From Patescibacteria group bacterium (lineage in GTDB: Bacteria; Patescibacteriota; Minisyncoccia; Phycocordibacterales; PALSA-1337), in contig JAGXAG010000005.1 in assembly GCA_018971685.1 (NCBI GenBank), forward strand, positions 1,842 to 65,841: 64,000 nucleotides of DNA. Reading direction: 5' to 3'. This document shows, one piece after another, positions 58,238 through 64,000 of the stretch. Every line of letters begins with the position of its first letter. Within the stretch, counting starts at the first letter, position 1. A model generated the notes under the pieces. That model had not been told where the DNA came from and did not search any database. It saw only the letters and a list, made by a program, of their open reading frames with translations. The translations under genes and the position numbers were made by a program.

Positions 58238-61200
58238 ATGTCATTTTTCGGCAAATTATTGGGCAATACGCAACATACGCAGAGCGTCAAACACTTCGAG
58301 CCTTTAGTAGCGAAAATCAACGCGCTTGAGGAATCTTTTAAGGCGCTTTCGGACCAAGAATTAAAGGCGAAGACGGTTGAATTTCGCAGGCGTTTGGGGG
58401 TAGCGCCATCGGTTTCGCCGCTTCCTGCAGTTGCAGAGGGTGCTCCTATGCAAGCCTCTGTAGAGGCCGTCATCCCCGGTGACATCCTGTCCGAAGCCTT
58501 TGCCGCCGTGCGCGAGGCGGCCAGGAGAACGCTTGGCCAGAGGCATTTTGATGTGCAGCTTATAGGCGGCATGGTCCTCGATTCCGGAGCGATCGCGGAG
58601 ATGAGGACCGGCGAAGGCAAAACGCTCGTAGCGACCTTGTCGGCGTATTTGAATGCTCTTTCCGGCAAAGGCGTCCACATTGTCACTGTCAACGATTATC
58701 TTTCCCGCCGAGATGCTGTGTGGATGGGGCAGATTTACGATTTTCTAGGTTTGACTGTAGGAGTAATAAACCATGAAGCCAGCTTTCTGTACGATTCGAG
58801 CATCGCGCCCCAAGGTGCAGCGGGAACGGATTCTGGACCCTCTTCGGAGGCGGGGGGTGTACCAACTTCACCTACCTCGTACTCCCCGCCGAGAAAAGAC
58901 GGCGCCGGCGGGCGTTCCGTTGTTCCGCCGGCGACGATCGTGGGTGAAGAACCCGTTCCCGCGAAGCCGACAGGACGCGATACCGATGTTCGTGTCGACC
59001 ATAAACTCGACAAGGAGCGTGACGATGTTGGCGCGTTCAAGGTCGTCCACGAATTTTTGCGGCCGTGTACCCGCCGTGAAGCCTATGCCGCCGATATCAC
59101 CTACGGCACCAACAACGAATTTGGCTTCGACTATCTGCGCGACAACCTCGAATATTCTCCGGCCGCTTTGCGCCAACGGCCATTCAACTACGCCATAGTC
59201 GACGAAATCGACTCCATCTTGATCGACGAGGCGCGTACGCCCTTGATCATCTCCGCGCCATCGCGCGACGCCGAGAGCACTTACAAACAGTTCGCCGCGC
59301 TTGTTGTTTCATTCAAGGAAAATGAAGACTATGAAAAAGACGAGAAGAGAAAAGCCATATCGCTTTTGCCGGCCGGCATAGAGAAAGCCGAGAAAGCGCT
59401 CGGCATCGACAATATTTACACCAATGCCGGCATAAAATATGTGCACCATTTGGAGACGGCGGTCAGAGCCAAAGCGCTGTTTAAGCGCGACAAAGAATAT
59501 GTCGTCAAGGACAACCAGATAGTGATCGTCGATGAATTCACCGGCCGATTGCAGCCCGGACGAAGATGGTCGGAAGGATTGCACCAGGCCATCGAAGCCA
59601 AAGAAGGCGTGGTGATACAGCAGGAGTCCAGGACTTACGCCACGATCACATTCCAAAATTTCTTCCGCATGTATCCGAAGCTTTCCGGCATGACCGGCAC
59701 GGCGGCAACTTCCAGCGAAGAATTTTATAAAGTCTACGGCTTGGATGTGTATATGGTGCCGCCGAATGTGCCGGTGGTGCGCGCCGATAAGAACGACCAA
59801 ATATTCAGGACCGAGCCGGGCAAATTCAAGGCCATTGCCAGGAAAGTGAAAGAACTGCACGACAAGGGCCAGCCGGTTCTGATCGGCACGGTGTCGATCG
59901 AGCGCAACGAGCTCTTGTCACAATTCTTGAAAGCCGAAGGCATACCGCATACGATGTTGAATGCCAAGCCGGAATATGCCGAGCGCGAAGGCGAAACGGT
60001 GGCGCAGGCGGGCAAGAAAGGCGCGGTCACGATCGCGACCAACATGGCGGGCCGCGGCGTGGACATCAAGCTCGGCGGCAATCCGAATACCAAGGAAGCG
60101 TATGAAGAAGTAAAACGCCTGGGCGGGCTTTTCGTCTTGGGCACGGAAAGGCACGAAGCGCGGCGCATCGACAATCAGCTTCGCGGGCGATCGGGCAGGC
60201 AGGGCGATCCGGGCGAGACGCAATTCTTCGTTTCGTTGGAAGACACGCTGATGCGAGTGTTCGCGTCGGATACCTTGAAGTCGATGATGGGGCGCCTGGG
60301 CATGGCGGAAGACGAGCCGATCGAGCATCGGCTGATTTCTAAGGCGTTGGAGAGCGCGCAGGAGAAAATAGAGGGTTTCAATTTCGATTCGCGCAAGCAT
60401 GTGCTGGAATTTGACGATGTGATCAATACGCAACGCTCGAGTGTGTATTCGAGGCGCAGGAGATTGCTCTTGGGCAATGTTGACGATGTGGAAAAAGAGC
60501 TGTTTGAGATTTTGGGCTTGAATGACACCGCCGCCTCGCCGGACGGAACATTCTCGGCCGCGAGTCTGCGGGACTCGCGTCGTGAAATTGCAAGGTTTTC
60601 CGGCTCGACAGCGCGACCGGAAAACCTTGCAATTTCAACGCCGCTCAAACAGAGTCCTCGCCTCGCGGCCGAGAATGTTCCGTCCGGCGAGGCGGCGGCT
60701 GACGCGATTGATGGAAATTCTCCCTTTGGAAAAGGGGGTGCTCCGGAGCGAAGCGGAGGGGCGGGGGATTTTGAGTCGGTAATTCAAAAGAAAATCTCCG
60801 AATTCGGACGCGATAACTTCTTGAATGCGGCGCGAATAATATTACTGCAGACGATTGACATGTACTGGGTGGAGCATCTGGAGGTGATGGATTACACCAG
60901 GGGCAGCGTGAATTTGCGGGCGTACGGGCAGAGGGATCCATTGGTGGAATACAAAAAGGAGGGTTTGCGGCTGTTTCGGGAAATGCAAAACGCCGTGCGC
61001 GAGCAGGTTGTGCGCATTTTGCCGAACATCGTGCCGGTCATTCAGGGCCAGGCGGCGCAAAACATTTCATCGAACGCCGCGCCGAAGAATTCGGTTCTAA
61101 CTCCCGAAATGCGCGAAGTGCACGAAAACGCGCGAATCATCGGATCGCAAGACGGCTCCGGCAAAGCGGTTCAGTCTGCCAAAAAGGAGCCGCAGTTTGG

Positions 61201-61267
61201 CCGGAATGATCCCTGCTGGTGCGGCAGTGGGAAAAAGTACAAGAAGTGCCATGGGAAGAATGTCTAA
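58238..61267 (+). CDS. secA: Preprotein translocase ATPase SecA with several in-frame insertions
   Basis: MRTGEGKT, DEIDSILIDEA, TNMAGRGVDI, QLRGRSGRQGDPG, SEC-C motif RNDPCWCGSGKKYKKCHG. Confidence 0.98.
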   Translation: MSFFGKLLGNTQHTQSVKHFEPLVAKINALEESFKALSDQELKAKTVEFRRRLGVAPSVSPLPAVAEGAPMQASVEAVIPGDILSEAFAAVREAARRTLGQRHFDVQLIGGMVLDSGAIAEMRTGEGKTLVATLSAYLNALSGKGVHIVTVNDYLSRRDAVWMGQIYDFLGLTVGVINHEASFLYDSSIAPQGAAGTDSGPSSEAGGVPTSPTSYSPPRKDGAGGRSVVPPATIVGEEPVPAKPTGRDTDVRVDHKLDKERDDVGAFKVVHEFLRPCTRREAYAADITYGTNNEFGFDYLRDNLEYSPAALRQRPFNYAIVDEIDSILIDEARTPLIISAPSRDAESTYKQFAALVVSFKENEDYEKDEKRKAISLLPAGIEKAEKALGIDNIYTNAGIKYVHHLETAVRAKALFKRDKEYVVKDNQIVIVDEFTGRLQPGRRWSEGLHQAIEAKEGVVIQQESRTYATITFQNFFRMYPKLSGMTGTAATSSEEFYKVYGLDVYMVPPNVPVVRADKNDQIFRTEPGKFKAIARKVKELHDKGQPVLIGTVSIERNELLSQFLKAEGIPHTMLNAKPEYAEREGETVAQAGKKGAVTIATNMAGRGVDIKLGGNPNTKEAYEEVKRLGGLFVLGTERHEARRIDNQLRGRSGRQGDPGETQFFVSLEDTLMRVFASDTLKSMMGRLGMAEDEPIEHRLISKALESAQEKIEGFNFDSRKHVLEFDDVINTQRSSVYSRRRRLLLGNVDDVEKELFEILGLNDTAASPDGTFSAASLRDSRREIARFSGSTARPENLAISTPLKQSPRLAAENVPSGEAAADAIDGNSPFGKGGAPERSGGAGDFESVIQKKISEFGRDNFLNAARIILLQTIDMYWVEHLEVMDYTRGSVNLRAYGQRDPLVEYKKEGLRLFREMQNAVREQVVRILPNIVPVIQGQAAQNISSNAAPKNSVLTPEMREVHENARIIGSQDGSGKAVQSAKKEPQFGRNDPCWCGSGKKYKKCHGKNV
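58820..58962. repeat. Structured element family B, in-frame copy in secA
   Basis: GCGGGAACGGATTCT pairs with AGAACCCGTTCCCGC; core shared with 32563-32704. Confidence 0.85.
60528..60705. repeat. Palindromic element family A, in-frame copy in secA
   Basis: 37-bp perfect IR (60528-60564/60662-60698), conserved core, GCGGCTGACGC tail. Confidence 0.9.
60716..60772. repeat. Short palindromic element family D, in-frame in secA
   Basis: AATTCTCCCTTTGGAAAAGGGGGTGC...GCGGGGGATTT. Confidence 0.75.
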
Positions 61268-61412
61268 ATCAAAAATAAAAATAGCTGAAGAAATCTTGTC
61301 GCATTTCTGTTGCGGCTTCTGCGGCAAATGGTGGACGATCGGGGACGCGCCGAAAAAGAGGAAGATGTGGTTTTGTCCGTGGTGTGGCAAGAAGACTGAT
61401 TTTACGAAATGA
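61260..61412 (+). CDS. Small zinc-ribbon protein (50 aa)
   Basis: HFCCGFCGKWW.IGD...CPWCG; overlaps the secA stop by 8 nt. Confidence 0.65.
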   Translation: MSKSKIKIAEEILSHFCCGFCGKWWTIGDAPKKRKMWFCPWCGKKTDFTK

Positions 61413-61437
61413 CCGGGGCGTGTTATGATGCTGGCAA

Positions 61438-62505
61438 ATGAATTCGCGCATTTCGTCGTACTTTTTCTTCATATTATTACTCCTCGCAGCGATCGCGGCG
61501 GTTTTCATATTCTTGCCTTTTTTGACTCCGCTCGTGCTCGGCGCGGCGGCGGCGGTCGTGGCGCACCCGATATACAGGGGAGTCGGCAGAATGCTCGGCG
61601 TCAGGGGGCAGAGAAGCAATTTGGCGGCTTTGATCACGGTCATACTGGTATTGGTCATCGTGCTCGTTCCGTTATTCTTGGTTATCGGCAACATGTATTC
61701 GGAAGTGCAATCGCTCTACGCGTCGCTCACCGACGAGGGCGGGCGTTCGCAGACGATCACGACACTGAATAATTTCTCGCAAAAATTATCCGATGCCGTT
61801 TTCGGAGTTTTCCCGGCGTACAGTTTCGACAACTTGAATGTTACCGACTATATCAAGAGCGCGCTCGAATGGGTGTTCGCCAACCTCGACACGATCGTCG
61901 GCGGACTCATCAAGGTTGCCGGTTACGCCTTCATTTTCCTGGTGTCGCTATTTTATTTTCTGCGCGACGGGGAACTGTTCAAGCGGCGGTTTATCGCTTG
62001 GAGTCCGCTTTTGGACGACCGAGATGAATATATCACGCGCACGATGAGGCGCGCGGTCTTCTCGGTTTTTGCCGGAACTTTGGCTGTTTCCGTCATCCAG
62101 GGCGCACTGACCGGATTGGGGTTCTACCTTTTTCATATACCTGCGCCGGTCGTTTGGGGCAGTGCCGCATCGGTAGCTTCGATGATACCGGGCATAGGCA
62201 CCAGCTTGATCATTGTTCCCGGCATTGTTTATCTCGTCATTACCGGACAGTATCTTTATGGCATAGGTCTGGCAATCTGGGGAATATTCGCTGTCGGATT
62301 GGTGGATAATTTTCTCGGGCCGCATTTGGTCAACAAGGGAGTCAATGCGCACCCGTTCCTCATCTTGATATCAGTTTTGGGCGGAATCGCAACATTCGGA
62401 CCGATCGGATTTGTTTTGGGACCGCTAATTTTGGCGTTTTTGTTCGCATTGCTGGATATTTATAAAGTTTCATTTGCGGATAAAAATAATAAAGAGCGAG
62501 AATAA
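61438..62505 (+). CDS. AI-2E family transporter
   Basis: FLPFLTPL, FYFLRDG, QGALTGLGF, IPGIG, DNFLGP, GGIATFGPIGFVLGP. Confidence 0.9.
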   Translation: MNSRISSYFFFILLLLAAIAAVFIFLPFLTPLVLGAAAAVVAHPIYRGVGRMLGVRGQRSNLAALITVILVLVIVLVPLFLVIGNMYSEVQSLYASLTDEGGRSQTITTLNNFSQKLSDAVFGVFPAYSFDNLNVTDYIKSALEWVFANLDTIVGGLIKVAGYAFIFLVSLFYFLRDGELFKRRFIAWSPLLDDRDEYITRTMRRAVFSVFAGTLAVSVIQGALTGLGFYLFHIPAPVVWGSAASVASMIPGIGTSLIIVPGIVYLVITGQYLYGIGLAIWGIFAVGLVDNFLGPHLVNKGVNAHPFLILISVLGGIATFGPIGFVLGPLILAFLFALLDIYKVSFADKNNKERE

Positions 62506-62554
62506 AGAAATTATAAACAATTAGTAAATCGTAAATTGTTTATAATTTACTCAA

Positions 62555-63592
62555 ATGTCATTCATCGACGAAATAACTTTCCATGCATCAGCCGGCCGCG
62601 GCGGCAATGGGGTTGTCCGCTGGCGTCATGAGAAGGCGAAAGAATTCGCCGGCGCGGCGGGAGGCAACGGCGGCCGAGGCGGTTCGGTATTCGTGCGCGC
62701 GGTTAGGGATATCAATATCCTCTCGCGGCACAAAACGACCAAAAACTTCAGGGCGGGGAACGGGGAAGACGGCATGGGTCTTTCCAAGCACGGCAAGAAT
62801 GGCGAGGACTTTTTCATAGACTTGCCGATCGGTTCGATCGCCGTCAATCGCGAAACCGGACGGACGGTGGAATTGCTCGAAGAAGGCCAGACGATATTGA
62901 TCCTTCACGGCGGGCGAGGCGGACTGGGCAATGAGCACTTCAAAGCATCGACCAATGTTAAGCCTGAACAGTCGACAAATGGAATGCCCGGCGAAGAAGC
63001 CGACTTTACCGTCGAGCTGAACTTGATCGCCGATATCGGACTGGTCGGTTTGCCCAATGCCGGCAAATCGAGTTTGCTCAATGCTATGACCGGCGCGCGC
63101 GCCAAAGTCGCCTCCTACGCTTTCACCACCCTCGATCCCAATCTCGGAGTCTTGCCGGGCGGCTTTATCGTCGCTGACATTCCCGGCCTCATCGAAGGCG
63201 CCGCCGAAGGCAAAGGCCTCGGCGACAAATTCTTGCGGCACATAAAACGCACCAAGATGATCATGCACCTGATCTCCCTCGAAGAAAGCAATAATATCTC
63301 CAATAAAACTGTGGATAACTCGTATCGCGTAATTCGTCGCGAGTTGGAAAAATTCGGTAACGGTCTTGCCGACAAGCGCGAAATAATTGTCCTGACAAAA
63401 ACCGATCTCGCTAGCCCAGAAGAGGTTGCAGCCGCCGAAGCAACATTACTAAAGTATAATAAAGAAATATCAAAGGTTACTATTCTGGACGACTATTCCG
63501 TTAAGAAATTGACCGAAGCCGTCATCAAGAAGGTCTCGGTCACCGGTCCGACCGGTGCCACCGGTCCGACCGGTGTTTGCGCGGGCGTATAA
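62555..63592 (+). CDS. obgE: GTPase ObgE/CgtA
   Basis: FIDE, Gly-rich Obg domain, GLPNAGKSS, YAFTT, DIPGLIEGA, TKTD. Confidence 0.96.
   Translation: MSFIDEITFHASAGRGGNGVVRWRHEKAKEFAGAAGGNGGRGGSVFVRAVRDINILSRHKTTKNFRAGNGEDGMGLSKHGKNGEDFFIDLPIGSIAVNRETGRTVELLEEGQTILILHGGRGGLGNEHFKASTNVKPEQSTNGMPGEEADFTVELNLIADIGLVGLPNAGKSSLLNAMTGARAKVASYAFTTLDPNLGVLPGGFIVADIPGLIEGAAEGKGLGDKFLRHIKRTKMIMHLISLEESNNISNKTVDNSYRVIRRELEKFGNGLADKREIIVLTKTDLASPEEVAAAEATLLKYNKEISKVTILDDYSVKKLTEAVIKKVSVTGPTGATGPTGVCAGV
63541..63575. repeat. Tandem pair of 17-bp pseudo-palindromes at the obgE 3' end
   Basis: CACCGGTCCGACCGGTG x2, the same unit as in 33874-33921. Confidence 0.85.
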
Positions 63593-63653
63593 TTCGTGTT
63601 AAAAAAACGAGTTTTTTGCTTGCGTCAATGGAAACCGATGCTAGACTGTGCGC

Positions 63654-64000
63654 ATGGAATATTTGCCGACCATCGGGCTCGAAATCCACGCGGAATTGGC
63701 GACCGCTTCGAAGATGTTTTGTTCCTGCAAAAACGATCCCGACGAAGAATGCTCGAATACAAATGTTTGTCCGATCTGTCTCGGACACCCCGGCACTTTG
63801 CCGGTGTTAAATCGCGAAGCCATAGGCAAAGTGCTTTCGATCGGCGTCGCCGTGAATGGAACGCCGGCTGATTTTACCGAATGGGACCGCAAACAATATT
63901 TCTATCCGGATATTCCGAAAGGTTACCAGATCAGCCAATACGCGTATCCGTTGGTCTCGGGCGGCGCGTTAGCCGGCGTCGAGCTCGAACGGATTCATCT
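63654..64000 (+). CDS. gatB: Asp/Glu-tRNA amidotransferase subunit B (3'-truncated by window edge)
   Basis: MEYLPTIGLEIHAEL.T.SKMFCSC...NTNVCPICLGHPGTLPVLN...DRKQYFYPDIPKGYQISQ; not in the ORF track because it has no stop in the window. Confidence 0.95.
   Translation, partial: MEYLPTIGLEIHAELATASKMFCSCKNDPDEECSNTNVCPICLGHPGTLPVLNREAIGKVLSIGVAVNGTPADFTEWDRKQYFYPDIPKGYQISQYAYPLVSGGALAGVELERIH

Noticed and set aside
58238-61267. Inteins in SecA (or DnaG)
   Set aside because: Inserts are too short, lack the N-terminal Cys/Ser block and C-terminal His-Asn, and are palindromic at the DNA level
63541-63592. Collagen-like GXT repeat at the ObgE C-terminus
   Set aside because: Only two units, explained by a tandem DNA palindrome identical to the unit in the GT4 gene

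Overview
This is a chromosomal window from a small-genome bacterium of the Candidate Phyla Radiation type (Patescibacteria, probably Parcubacteria). That assignment is inferred from the 16S rRNA insertions, the short RpoB, DUF5671- and DUF4015-type genes and a lone VirB4/TrwB-like ATPase; genetic code 11 fits. Gene order: secF (partial), an ORF6N gene, a stand-alone 16S rRNA gene, tRNA-Leu(CAG), tRNA-Ile(GAT), pyk, rpsP-khpA-trmD, rpoB-rpoC, dnaG, radC, a cell-wall cluster, rsmI, the ATPase, a ~23 kb surface-glycan locus (many glycosyltransferases, methyltransferases, wzm/wzt, O-antigen-ligase-TPR), murB, secA, an AI-2E transporter, obgE and gatB (partial). The cell-wall cluster contains a MurD-like protein, a PLP enzyme, a LysW-like protein, an Mpl-like ligase, an Ate/Bpt-like transferase, mraY, an NlpC/P60-like protein and an ATP-grasp ligase. 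Four signals stand out. (1) Several families of palindromic DNA elements are inserted in-frame in housekeeping genes and in the 16S rRNA; in one family the conserved core is bracketed by 32-37 bp perfect inverted repeats whose sequence differs in every copy. (2) A 350-nt 16S insertion carries a complete antisense mini-gene with its own SD and terminator. (3) The 16S 3' end lacks the anti-Shine-Dalgarno, is followed by a ~165-nt structured trailer, and many genes look leaderless. (4) The LysW-like/ATP-grasp/PLP/aminoacyl-transferase genes sit among peptidoglycan genes and may form a carrier-protein-based wall-modification pathway. All calls are from reading the sequence; no searches or folding programs were run.
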